From NCBI GenBank assembly GCA_040767195.1, contig JAXGPA010000001.1, positions 544,001 to 608,000 on the forward strand: 64,000 bases of DNA, read 5' to 3'. Every line of letters begins with the position of its first letter. Position 1 is the first letter of the stretch. The position numbers were made by a program, and so were the translations under genes. Positions 1 to 9,609 of this stretch are shown here, one piece after another. The stretch is from Syntrophales bacterium. Its GTDB lineage: Bacteria > Desulfobacterota > Syntrophia > Syntrophales > UBA6807. The notes below the pieces were generated by a model. The model saw only the letters and a program-made list of their open reading frames with translations. It was not told where the DNA came from and made no database searches.

Positions 1-247
1 CGAGGACGTCACCTGACGCTCTCGTAAAACCCTTGTTTACGGCGTCTGTCTGCCCACGGTCGGGTTCGGATATCCATAAAAGAGACCCGTCGAACTTTTC
101 AAGAGTTCTCAATGTTCCATCGTTTGATCCGCCATCTATCACTAAGTATTCGAGTTCGAAGTCCCCTTTCTGGCATAATACACTCTGTATGGTTTTCTCG
201 ATAAAAACGTTCTGATTCAGGGAGGGTGTAACTATCGAAATTTTCAT
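1..247 (-). CDS. Glycosyltransferase family 2 (N-terminal part, runs off window)
   Basis: Not in ORF track. Manual translation: MKISIVTPSLNQNVFIEKTIQSVLCQKGDFELEYLVIDGGSNDGT...WISEPDRGQTDAVNKG. The ATG overlaps the upstream gene's stop (ATGA). Confidence 0.9.
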   Translation of the reverse strand, partial: MKISIVTPSLNQNVFIEKTIQSVLCQKGDFELEYLVIDGGSNDGTLRTLEKFDGSLLWISEPDRGQTDAVNKGFTRASGDVL

Positions 248-1170
248 TTCTTAAGGTTTTCAAGTTGTGTGATCAAGGCTCCAATCTCCGAAATAGGAAA
301 TCTCAGAGAATAATACAACCTCCTCTTAAAAGGCATGATACGGGGATTCATGAATTGCATCAGACCGACAGCCATAGCCCCTGACAACCTGAACAGGCGG
401 ATTAACAGGCCAAAGCTACGATTCATTGTTTTATCATAGGTTCTGCCAATTTTATAAAAAGATCGCAGATTCCATTTAAGAGACAGCTTGTACTCCAAAA
501 TCAGATGGTCGACTTTTAAATCATGAAGATAATATACAGGGTAACCAGCCCTCTGGATCGTAAGGAGCAAATTCGTTTCCTCACCATAGCCGATCTCCGT
601 GCCCGACATGCCGAGCTGTACATTAAAGCCCCCGAATGCCTTAAGGATATCCTTTCGAAATACCATATTGCATCCTGTATATATTTCGTCGGGTAAATGA
701 ATGATTCTTTCCAGGCCTCTTCCTGGATCCAACTCAATCTGCATATATTCAACAGGTAACCATTCTGGACGACCTGAAAGAACATATCCATAATCTGGAC
801 CGCCGAACGCGACAGCTTCCGGCTTACGGCGAATAAAATCAAGCATTATAGATATCCAGTTATTGCGGGCCTTCGCATCATCATCAATATACGCTACATA
901 AACGCCAGTTGCCTCTTCAAATCCGCGGTTCCGCGCTCTGCTGAGACCAATTTCAGATTCCAATACAATCTTGTAATTGCTATGCTTTTTTAAATATTTC
1001 TCGCACATTTTTTGAGTGTCATCGGTTGAATTGTTATCCACAACGATGACTTCCCACATATCTTTTTCCGCATCCTGTTCGGACAAAGCTTCCAAACATA
1101 ATTCCAATACTCCGCTTCTGTTATACGTACAGACAATCACTGAAACTAAGACCTTATTTTCTTTTACCAT
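244..1170 (-). CDS. Glycosyltransferase family 2
   Basis: VSVIVCTYNR, VVDNNSTD, GLSRARNRG, YIDDD (DxD) and GCNM motifs. Confidence 0.92.
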   Translation of the reverse strand: MVKENKVLVSVIVCTYNRSGVLELCLEALSEQDAEKDMWEVIVVDNNSTDDTQKMCEKYLKKHSNYKIVLESEIGLSRARNRGFEEATGVYVAYIDDDAKARNNWISIMLDFIRRKPEAVAFGGPDYGYVLSGRPEWLPVEYMQIELDPGRGLERIIHLPDEIYTGCNMVFRKDILKAFGGFNVQLGMSGTEIGYGEETNLLLTIQRAGYPVYYLHDLKVDHLILEYKLSLKWNLRSFYKIGRTYDKTMNRSFGLLIRLFRLSGAMAVGLMQFMNPRIMPFKRRLYYSLRFPISEIGALITQLENLKK

Positions 1171-1272
1171 ATTAATTTTCCTTCTGCCATATTACTTTCC
1201 TTTGCGGCTTCTACCTCATTATTTTTCGATGGGTGGATTTGTGATCTGGAATTACCTTGAACAGCAATGCGA

Positions 1273-2059
1273 TTACATATATTCTTGGTATTTCCTTCTT
1301 AAAATTCCAATAAGCGACCTATCGGAATATTCTTTATTTATTTCAAAGTCTTTTTCACGTTTTCTCATTTCGTTCCATAGGTGTATCGAATACGTCGCTC
1401 CAAATAAAAAATTTGATCGAAAAATGTATCGTCAAATACACTTTTCCAACAGCTGTAATGAATTGGATAAAAAAAGGTAAATGGTTTTGCTTTATGAAAT
1501 AGATTATATTTATTGAGTTCTCTTGTAAGGGCGTGTGGTCCTACTTCCCCCACATTACACGATATCTCCTATTCCCCAGCAGATACTTTCTAATGGCTTT
1601 AATGATTTTTGTTTTCGAACTGTCGTCTCTTAATATTACATTCGGCGCCTTACAAAGATGTATTAAGTTTTTAAGAATAACGTGTCCAACAGGAAATCTC
1701 AATACTCCGCTAGCTACCGTGTATGAGTCTTCTTTTCCGAAAACAAAATCCTCCTGAAAGATATAGGGTTTAAGACATATATTGTCCATGTCAACCCAAA
1801 AGTGCCCCTTTTTAAACAATAATTCGTATCTAAACCAGTCAGAAAAGAGTGCATACTTTCTTCTATATGCGTGTAGTTGTGCTTCAGGAATTATTTCATT
1901 TGCATCCACTATCTTTACACCGCTGGGAACATCCTTTATATCATCATAAACATACAAATGAAATTTATGGCCATTCGCCAAAAAAGACGCAGCTGCAATA
2001 CGTTCTATAATAGACAATTTATTTCCGATCCATAACGATTGTATTATATTTTTCTCCAT
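1273..2059 (-). pseudogene. GT32-like (alpha-1,4-glycosyltransferase/capsular synthesis) gene split by two homopolymer frameshifts
   Basis: Three frames join: IIQSLWIG...FSDWFRY...WVDMD (1541-2059), GEVGPHALT...FYPIH (1365-1553), then YSIHLWNEM...EYM* (stop 1273-1275). The span is 787 nt; adding 2 nt gives 263 codons. Confidence 0.82.
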
Positions 2060-2208
2060 ATCTCCTCTCTTCCTTATTTATAGCCCTACTTTAAACCTGA
2101 TGTCCCTTGTCCAGACTCAAGACCAAAGTTGATCAGTCGTCGTAAAATAGAATATATTTTGAAAGTTGGGCTCCCCTGAACTTTACGGGGAGAGCCTGAC
2201 TTTTACAT

Positions 2209-3582
2209 CTAATCTTTGAACAGCAGTTGTTTTTTTAAGAAAAAGAAGGGTGCGACCAGAGAGGCGTGATGAAAACGGTACAGATCTATAGTTCTATTCC
2301 AAAATATAAAGACAATATGTGCAATCACAATCTGCGTCAGCACGGTTGTATATGCAGCACCAATGTTTCCGTATTTCGGAATAAAAATTAAATTTAATGC
2401 AACATTTAAAAACATTCCAATCGGATTAATTATCAACCATATTCTCTGAAGATTTTCAGCAACAATCCATTTACCATTTACTATACCAATGAAAATAGGA
2501 ACAGATGACCATATGAGAACTGCCAATACTTCACTACTGTTTGAATATGAATCGCCAAAAAGATAGAAGATGATAGGCTTGGAAAATAGTGAAATCGGCA
2601 CCGATATAAATATGGAAATCCATACCAATAAAGTAAAAAGTCTTTGCATTCTGAATTTATAGAGGCTCTCTCCTCTACGTTTTGCATATATGATGGCAGG
2701 AAAAAACGAAGCCGTTATTACTGCCGGAAGAACGGTCCACGCCTCCGTCATCGACACAGCTACAGCATAATAGCCAAGCTCTTGATTGCCCAGCAAGTAT
2801 TTGATCATGATTTGATCTACTCTTGTATAAGCCATGGCAAAAAGCCAAGCTACTGCAAGCGGCCAAGAGTCACTTAAAAGTGAAATGGCTCTTCCCCTCA
2901 AAAATTTCCAATCAAGGACACTGTTTCCATCGGCATGATAAAAAGCGACCAGACAAATTGAGAGAATCATAGATTCTACCAACATTGAAAATGCAAAGCA
3001 TACAACAGTAGCGCTAATCATAACCAAAATGATTTTAAATACAGATGAACCTAATAAAGCTATCAAAAGGGACCTCGAAGAAATACGAGCTTTAACTTTT
3101 GATTCAAAAAAACTTTCAATGACGTTAAATGACAAAAAAATATGACTCGAAGCCACTATCATAACCATTGTTATCGAAGATTTATCAGGGAAAACCATCA
3201 GTGATATAATTGCTACAGTTAGCAGGAGGAGACAGGCACCCGCAAGGCGTAGCAGAAATGTAGTTCCAAGGAGTTCCTCTCTTTTATCACCTTCCTTTAT
3301 GAGTTCTCTAATCAGCACATCTTGAAAACCGAGACTGCTCATCACACCAAAGATCGATACAAAACTTATCGCGTAGGCTAAAAGACCATAGTCCCGTGGT
3401 CCTAGGTATCTGGCTATTATAATTCCGATTATTAAGTTGATACCCAAACGGATGGATTTCTCTCCCATCATCCAAGAGGTATTAGCAAGATATTTCCTGA
3501 ATCCAGAAGATTTCATAAGATCTGTCAGTCTGAGCTCTCCAGACGGCAAATAGGCCCGGTCAAGCAGACGTTTTTTCTTCAC
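2209..3582 (-). CDS. wzx: Polysaccharide flippase (Wzx/MATE-like)
   Basis: Many hydrophobic helices; ARYLGPRDYG, RVDQIMI, LGYYAVA and IPKYGNIGAAY motifs. Confidence 0.88.
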   Translation of the reverse strand: MKKKRLLDRAYLPSGELRLTDLMKSSGFRKYLANTSWMMGEKSIRLGINLIIGIIIARYLGPRDYGLLAYAISFVSIFGVMSSLGFQDVLIRELIKEGDKREELLGTTFLLRLAGACLLLLTVAIISLMVFPDKSSITMVMIVASSHIFLSFNVIESFFESKVKARISSRSLLIALLGSSVFKIILVMISATVVCFAFSMLVESMILSICLVAFYHADGNSVLDWKFLRGRAISLLSDSWPLAVAWLFAMAYTRVDQIMIKYLLGNQELGYYAVAVSMTEAWTVLPAVITASFFPAIIYAKRRGESLYKFRMQRLFTLLVWISIFISVPISLFSKPIIFYLFGDSYSNSSEVLAVLIWSSVPIFIGIVNGKWIVAENLQRIWLIINPIGMFLNVALNLIFIPKYGNIGAAYTTVLTQIVIAHIVFIFWNRTIDLYRFHHASLVAPFFFLKKQLLFKD

Positions 3583-3868
3583 TTTTCCTTTGCCTCTCTT
3601 TGAACCGGATATCTAGAAGTGCAATCTGCTGGGCAAGTTGTTTTTGCTTATCTTTCATTTTAGATATGACAAGTGAAAAATGGATGAGAATCGTAATTAC
3701 AGCAAGAATAAGAATGAGAAAAAGTGCCGCCGGCGGATAGGCAATGCCGAGAAGAGACGAGATGAATTTCAGTCTTCTGATTCGTATGAGATAGATCATG
3801 AAGATGAGGAACGCCAAGCTGAAGAAGATAGAGATGAACTGAATGGTGTGCGGATTGAAATCTTTCAT
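3560..3868 (-). CDS. DUF2304-family membrane protein, apparently with an internal in-frame deletion
   Basis: IRxRRLK...LGIAYPPAALF...HFSLVISK...LAQQIALL pattern; follows a DPM1-like GT2, as is usual for this family. Confidence 0.75.
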   Translation of the reverse strand: MKDFNPHTIQFISIFFSLAFLIFMIYLIRIRRLKFISSLLGIAYPPAALFLILILAVITILIHFSLVISKMKDKQKQLAQQIALLDIRFKERQRKSEEKTSA

Positions 3869-3982
3869 GGTTATCAGCCGTCTTTTTCCAGTCGTCTGCT
3901 TTGATCCATACTTTTTTCCCCTCCATGGAGAAAAGAATATGCAGCCATGACAAGGTCTCCGGTCACGCGGAGGAACGGGACA

Positions 3983-4690
3983 TCAGGGGGTTCGACCGGG
4001 TCGCATCGCCGTCACGAAGATGGCGAGAAGCACCTTGACCATGTAGTAGAGGGAACGGAAAGCCGTGATGGAGGACCGCCCACTGGTTCTTTCCTGCATC
4101 TCGACAGGAACCTCCTTCAGCCGGAAACCATTCCGGCCCAGGAGGATGACCGCCTCCGGCTCTGGGTAATCGGAAGGGTAATATCGGGACAGGAAGATGA
4201 GGGCCTTCCTGTTGTAGGCCCGGAATCCCGATGTGTTGTCGGTGATCCGCTGTCCTGTGAGGAGGGAATTCACCCACTGGAAAAGCCTGATCCCCGCCCG
4301 GCGGGTGAAAGTTGACCGGAAGCCTTCGTTCCCCTGGAGAAAGCGGGACCCGATGACCACGTCGGCCTCTCCTGCGAGGATCGGGGCCAGAATCTTGTCC
4401 ACTTCGGAGGCCAGGTGCTGGCCGTCGCCGTCGAACTGAAAGGCGGCCTCATAGCCCTCTCTCACAGCGTAGAGAAATCCCGTCTGGACGGCGCCGCCGA
4501 TGCCCAGGTTGCAGGGAAGGTCGACGACCAGGGCCCTTTTTGTCGCGGCGGCTTTTTCCGAGGTCCCGTCGGTGGAACCGTCGTTGACGACGATGATATC
4601 CAGGGCGGGTAACCGTTCTTTGAGGGAAAGAATGACCGCCCCGACGGTCTCCTCCTCGTTGTAGGCGGGGACAATGGCCAGAGTCTTCAC
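3983..4690 (-). CDS. DPM1-like GT2 (polyprenol-phosphate glycosyltransferase)
   Basis: IVPAYNEE, VVNDGSTD, NLGIGGAVQTG, QFDGDGQH, VIGSRF, TDNTSGFR. Confidence 0.92.
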   Translation of the reverse strand: MKTLAIVPAYNEEETVGAVILSLKERLPALDIIVVNDGSTDGTSEKAAATKRALVVDLPCNLGIGGAVQTGFLYAVREGYEAAFQFDGDGQHLASEVDKILAPILAGEADVVIGSRFLQGNEGFRSTFTRRAGIRLFQWVNSLLTGQRITDNTSGFRAYNRKALIFLSRYYPSDYPEPEAVILLGRNGFRLKEVPVEMQERTSGRSSITAFRSLYYMVKVLLAIFVTAMRPGRTP

Positions 4691-4694
4691 GGCC

Positions 4695-6788
4695 TCACCA
4701 GCGGTATCTCAATGTCACAATGGCCGTGATGGGATTCCCCTCGATAGTGCTGTAGGTTCCCGGTGTTTCATACTTCCGGTCGGCCAGGTTTCTGACGGAG
4801 AGATCCAGTTCGAGGCCCTTGTGGAAAATGTCCTTGAACCGGGCGTTCGCGTCGATGAGCCAGACATCGGAACTGGATTCGAAGGTCTGGACGCGGGGAT
4901 AGATGAGATCCCGGGAGGAGAAATACCGGAGCCTCAGGGACGTCCGAATCCAGTCCAGTGGTTTCCAAGTTCCCATGAGGTTCACCATCGTGTGGGGGCC
5001 CTTGTTGTAGGGGTATTGGATGTCGACGTAGTGCTTCACCCACTTCTCGCCGTCCCAGTATGTGTAGTCGTTGTAGTGGTAGGTCTCGTCGGGGCCCTTG
5101 TTGTTCACGAGGGTCACGTTGCCGGAAAGGTCGATGCTGTCGATGGGCGAGTAGCGTCCTTCCACCTCGAGCCCCAGCATCTCCTGATGGTTGGGGTTGG
5201 AAAGCCCGGCGTAGGGGTCTTCCATGAGATGGTTGTCGATCCGGCTGTAGAAGCCGCAGACGCTCATGCCGAAACGCTTCGACGGTTTCCAGGACACCTG
5301 GGTGCTCACCGTCTCAATTTTCTCCAGGTCCGGTTCCTCGCCGTCGAGAAGCTGCCGGGCGTAAGGTGTCCGATAGGCCGTGCCGTAAAGGAGTTTCCAG
5401 GCCCACTGGGAGGAGACGGACCAGACGACGCCGGTGTTGAAGCTCAGGTGATCGGCATACTCGTCGTGCCGGTCTCCCCGAAGGCCGAGAAGAAAATCGA
5501 AATTTCCTACCTTGTGGGTGTACTGGCCGAAAAGTGACAGGAGCCTCGTCCGATAGTCCTCCTCGGTGACCCGGGGCAGGAAAAAGAGATTACTGGGATC
5601 CAGATAATCGGGGAAATAGCTGTCCCAGATCGGGGCGTCATCGATGGATTTTTCCCGGTAGGACAGACCCCCGGTGAAGAGCCCCTTCCCTGAAAAGAGA
5701 GAGCGGTCGTAAACGAGTTCACCGTAGATAACATTTTCCTTCTGTTCCAGGGTCTTGTCGATGATCTCGTACTCGGGCCGGAGGGTGCTGAATAAGCCCT
5801 CGAAACGAAGGGTTGAACCGGGGTCCAGCTCTTTCCTCGCCTCGATCTTGACAAAACCGAAGGGCGCGCTGCGGCTCTCCTTCCAGGTATAACGCTTGTC
5901 GGGCGTGGACATGGCGTAGGGTCTCTCGTAATCGGAAAGGAGAAAAGAGACACTCAACCAGTCACGGAACTGCAGGCGGCCCGAAGCCTCGAAATAATGA
6001 GATTCTCCCGTATCCGTCTCCCCGAAACGGGAGTCCGGCGGAACGGGCCGGGTTCCCTCTCCCCAGAACCGGACCACGTTGCAGGACTTGTCGTCCTCCG
6101 TTCCCATCCAACCGCTGATAGAAAGGAAGGCGTCCCAGGGGCCTTCGTCATGGCCCATGTTGAGGTAGACGCCCGTCTGGTTCCCCGGCCCCTCGTAGGA
6201 GACGCCCGTCTCGACGCCTTCAAAATCCTTGCCCGTCATGGGAACCACGTTGACGATGCCGGCGAAGGCATCGGGCCCCCAGAGGACCGACCCCGGCCCC
6301 CGGATGATCTCCACCCGCTTCACCGGCGCCAGAGACAGCTCCCGGTCCAGGGGATGAAGGAACTTGGAAACGTCCGATCCCAGGGGAACGGTGTCATAGA
6401 GGAAGAGAACCGAATCGGGGATTCCTCTCAGGTAGGGCTGGGTTCCCCATTCCTTCTGCGCCATGTAAAAACCGGGAACGGTGTCAAGGGCGTCGGCGAG
6501 GGTCCGCGCCCCCCGGGTTTCCAGATCTTCCCGGGTCAGCACCTCGGCGACCGCCGGCGCCTGCCAGGCGCTTTCCTGCCTTTTCGATGCGATGGAGAGA
6601 ACTTCAAGATCCTCGCCCACAAAAAGAAGAAGGGTGTCATCCTCCACCGGCGGGTTCTCCGCTGCGGCGATGGCGACCGCCCCCACCGGCGCGAAAGCGA
6701 TGAGGAGCAGCCAGACCGCCAGTGTCTTGATTGAGTCCGAAATCACTTCTTTCAGCCGCCCGATCATTGAATCATCCCCACGGATCAT
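4695..6788 (-). CDS. TonB-dependent outer-membrane receptor
   Basis: Signal peptide; plug motifs (ASKRQESAWQAPA, RVEIIRGPGSVLWG); C-terminal NLADRKY...LRYRW. Confidence 0.9.
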   Translation of the reverse strand: MIRGDDSMIGRLKEVISDSIKTLAVWLLLIAFAPVGAVAIAAAENPPVEDDTLLLFVGEDLEVLSIASKRQESAWQAPAVAEVLTREDLETRGARTLADALDTVPGFYMAQKEWGTQPYLRGIPDSVLFLYDTVPLGSDVSKFLHPLDRELSLAPVKRVEIIRGPGSVLWGPDAFAGIVNVVPMTGKDFEGVETGVSYEGPGNQTGVYLNMGHDEGPWDAFLSISGWMGTEDDKSCNVVRFWGEGTRPVPPDSRFGETDTGESHYFEASGRLQFRDWLSVSFLLSDYERPYAMSTPDKRYTWKESRSAPFGFVKIEARKELDPGSTLRFEGLFSTLRPEYEIIDKTLEQKENVIYGELVYDRSLFSGKGLFTGGLSYREKSIDDAPIWDSYFPDYLDPSNLFFLPRVTEEDYRTRLLSLFGQYTHKVGNFDFLLGLRGDRHDEYADHLSFNTGVVWSVSSQWAWKLLYGTAYRTPYARQLLDGEEPDLEKIETVSTQVSWKPSKRFGMSVCGFYSRIDNHLMEDPYAGLSNPNHQEMLGLEVEGRYSPIDSIDLSGNVTLVNNKGPDETYHYNDYTYWDGEKWVKHYVDIQYPYNKGPHTMVNLMGTWKPLDWIRTSLRLRYFSSRDLIYPRVQTFESSSDVWLIDANARFKDIFHKGLELDLSVRNLADRKYETPGTYSTIEGNPITAIVTLRYRW

Positions 6789-8155
6789 ATATCGGCATTT
6801 TCGCTGTTCTCTTCGATGGACTGCCTGAGAAGAACCCTGAATTTCGCCCGTGTCAGACCCAGGAGCTTGGCCGCCGCCGTCTGGTTGTTTCCGGTCATGT
6901 CAAGGGCCTGCCGGACCAGGGAATGTTCCAGGTATTCCAGGGACACCCCCTCGGGGGGCAGCCGGAAGGCGCCCCGGCCATTGGCGGCGGCCGATGCCGT
7001 CTTCAGGAAAGACAGGGTCTCCGAGGTGATGGCCCCCCGGTCGTGGGCCAGGATGACGGACCGTTCCATCACGTTGGCCAGCTCGCGGACGTTTCCCGGC
7101 CAGGGGTATTCCATGAGCACCCGGACAGCCCCGTCGCTGAGCTGGATGCCCTGCCCACGGTCGAACCGCTCCAGGAAATGGCGGGCCAGGGTCGGAATGT
7201 CTTCCTTTCTCTCCCGGAGCGGCGGCGTCAGCAGGGGAAAGACGTTGATCCGGAAATAGAGATCCTGGCGGAAAAGCCCCTTTTCCACCCTCTCCTGGAG
7301 GTTCTGGTTCGTAGCGCAGATGAAACGGGCATCCACGGGGATTTCCTCGTTGCCTCCCACCCGCTGGACCTTGCGCTCCTGGAGGGCCCGAAGCAGCTTC
7401 GCCTGGGCGTCCGGGGAGAGGTCGCCGATCTCGTCGAGGAACAGGGTCCCCCCCGTGGCGTACTCGAACTTTCCGATAACCCGCTTGATGGCCCCGGTAA
7501 AAGAGCCTTTCTCGTGTCCGAAAAGCTCCGATTCCACGAGATTCGGTGAAATAGCGGCACAGTTCACGGGCACGAAGCGGTTTGTTCCCCGGGGGCTCAC
7601 GCGGTGGATGTACCGGGCGATGAGCTCCTTCCCCGTTCCCGATTCCCCCGTGACAAGAACGGCCGACTCGCTCTCGGCGACCCGGGTGGCGAGTTTCATG
7701 AGGTCGCTCATTTTCCGGGAGGAAAAAACGATGTCCTCCTCCCCTTCCCGCTTCCTGAGTTCTCGTTTCAGCTCCCGGTTTTCTGACAGGATCCGCGAGA
7801 AATTGAGAGTCCGCTCCACGGTGAGGAGAATCCGTTCCTCCTCGAAAGGCTTGGTGACGTAGTCCACCGCTCCCTGCCTCATGGCGTCAACGGCCGAGTC
7901 GATGGTGGCGAAGGCGGTGATGAAGACGACGGGGCAGGTGAGATTCTCCTCGGTCATCCGTTCCAGGAGCTCCATGCCGTCCATGCGGGGCATCTTGATG
8001 TCCGAGATGACCATGTCGAAAGGTTCCGCCTTGATTTTCTCTAGCCCCTCCAACCCGTCGGCAGCCTGAGAGACGCGATAGCCCCGCCTTCCCAGCATGA
8101 TGGAAAGAAGGTGGCGCATCCTTTCTTCGTCGTCGATGATCAGAATGTGGGCCAT
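6785..8155 (-). CDS. Sigma54-dependent response regulator (NtrC family)
   Basis: REC (ILIIDDE, SDIKMP), AAA+ (GESGTGKE, GSFTGA, LFLDEIG, WPGNVREL) and Fis-type HTH. Start reassigned to ATG at 8155. Confidence 0.93.
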   Translation of the reverse strand: MAHILIIDDEERMRHLLSIMLGRRGYRVSQAADGLEGLEKIKAEPFDMVISDIKMPRMDGMELLERMTEENLTCPVVFITAFATIDSAVDAMRQGAVDYVTKPFEEERILLTVERTLNFSRILSENRELKRELRKREGEEDIVFSSRKMSDLMKLATRVAESESAVLVTGESGTGKELIARYIHRVSPRGTNRFVPVNCAAISPNLVESELFGHEKGSFTGAIKRVIGKFEYATGGTLFLDEIGDLSPDAQAKLLRALQERKVQRVGGNEEIPVDARFICATNQNLQERVEKGLFRQDLYFRINVFPLLTPPLRERKEDIPTLARHFLERFDRGQGIQLSDGAVRVLMEYPWPGNVRELANVMERSVILAHDRGAITSETLSFLKTASAAANGRGAFRLPPEGVSLEYLEHSLVRQALDMTGNNQTAAAKLLGLTRAKFRVLLRQSIEENSENADI

Positions 8156-8202
8156 AATGTGTGTTTCACCTGTGTCAGCAATTAGCCATCCGTTACGCCC
8201 GC

Positions 8203-9609
8203 TCAGGCGGGCCGCGAAGGCCGGGCCGCGGAAAGTTCGATGCGAAAAACCGCCCCGCCTTCGGGATGGTTGCCTTCCTTCATGTGGCCTCCGTGGGCTT
8301 CCACAACCTGGAGAACGTAGGCGAGACCGAGGCCTGTTCCCCTCGACCGGGTCGTGAAAAAAGGCTCGTAAAGCTTCTCCCGGGCGTCTGCGGAAATGCC
8401 GCCGCCATTGTCTTTCACTTCCACGGAGACCCGGTCTCCGCTCCGGTCGAGGGTAACGGCGATGCGTCCCTTCTCCCCGTTCGCCTCGAAGGCGTTCTTG
8501 AGAATGTTGTCCACCGCCCGCGTCAGGAGGTCGGGGTCTCCCTCGATAAGACAGTCCTCCTCGAGGCATTTGAGGGAAACGTCGAGAGGGACGTTTCCGT
8601 GCTGCATTTGAAACCGCGCGACGATCCCTCGAAGGAGATCGTTTATCTCCAGCTCCCGGAAGACGGGCCGTGACGGTCGGGCGAAGGCGAGAAAATCCTC
8701 GATGAGTCGGTTCATCCGCCGGACCTCTTCTTCCATGTACAGGATCATGGTGTTTTCCGCCAGCCCCTCCTCTTTTTTCAGAAGATCCAGCGACGTCTTG
8801 ATGACGCTGAGAGGATTCTTCACCTCGTGGGCGATCATGAGGGAGAATTTCCCCATCTCCGCCAGGGTGTTCCGGCGCATCATCTCCTCCTGGACTTTTT
8901 CGAAGGCTCTCCGGCTCTGTTCCAGGGAATCGAGCATGGTGTTGAAGGCCAGGGCCAGTTCCCGGGTCTCGGGCAGTCTCCCGGGATCGGCCCGGAACTT
9001 CATGTCTCCCTTGGCCACCCGCCTGGCCGCGGCGGCCAGATTGGTCACCGGGGCGACAAGGGAATGGGAAAGAAAATAAAACACGACGCCGACAAGAACG
9101 ACGAGGGCGATGGAAAGGAGAACAAAGCGGCTTCGCAGTGTGACGATAAGCTGGTCAATCCCCCGGGTGCTGTATGCGACGAGGACCCGGCCGATGACGT
9201 TCTCCCCCGTGGGGATGCCGTGGACCTGCTCTGCGAAGGCCCGGATTTCCTCCTCCGTTTCCCTGAGGATGACAGGATATTCCTTGAAGAGAATCGATCC
9301 GGCCGTTTCCCGGGTCGACTCGGCCAGTTTTTGACCCGAACGGTCGTAAACGGAAACGGCGGCGAGGTCTTTTTCCGAAAGGAGGTTGACGGTCAGCCTT
9401 TTCAGCATGTCCCGGTCATCGATGAGGATGCCCAGCTCAGCGTTCAGCGCGAGCTGCTGGGTGAGAAAGGCGATTCGGTCGTCGAACCGGGTCTGGACGA
9501 ACTGCCGCGAGATCCGGGCCCCCATGATTCCGAGGATCAGCGTCGTTACGACGATGATGGCGAAACCCGCCGCCAGGAGCCGGAAGTGAATGCCGAAACG
9601 GACTTTCAT
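8203..9609 (-). CDS. HAMP-domain sensor histidine kinase
   Basis: Two TM segments, HAMP, H-box AHEVKNPL, N-box NILKNA, DNGGG, PFFTT, GTGLGL. Confidence 0.93.
   Translation of the reverse strand: MKVRFGIHFRLLAAGFAIIVVTTLILGIMGARISRQFVQTRFDDRIAFLTQQLALNAELGILIDDRDMLKRLTVNLLSEKDLAAVSVYDRSGQKLAESTRETAGSILFKEYPVILRETEEEIRAFAEQVHGIPTGENVIGRVLVAYSTRGIDQLIVTLRSRFVLLSIALVVLVGVVFYFLSHSLVAPVTNLAAAARRVAKGDMKFRADPGRLPETRELALAFNTMLDSLEQSRRAFEKVQEEMMRRNTLAEMGKFSLMIAHEVKNPLSVIKTSLDLLKKEEGLAENTMILYMEEEVRRMNRLIEDFLAFARPSRPVFRELEINDLLRGIVARFQMQHGNVPLDVSLKCLEEDCLIEGDPDLLTRAVDNILKNAFEANGEKGRIAVTLDRSGDRVSVEVKDNGGGISADAREKLYEPFFTTRSRGTGLGLAYVLQVVEAHGGHMKEGNHPEGGAVFRIELSAARPSRPA

Noticed and set aside
3874..3896. 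Short similarity to the 3' end of rmlC (GACTGG...AAAGACGGCTGAT)
   Set aside because: Too short and gapped to distinguish from chance.
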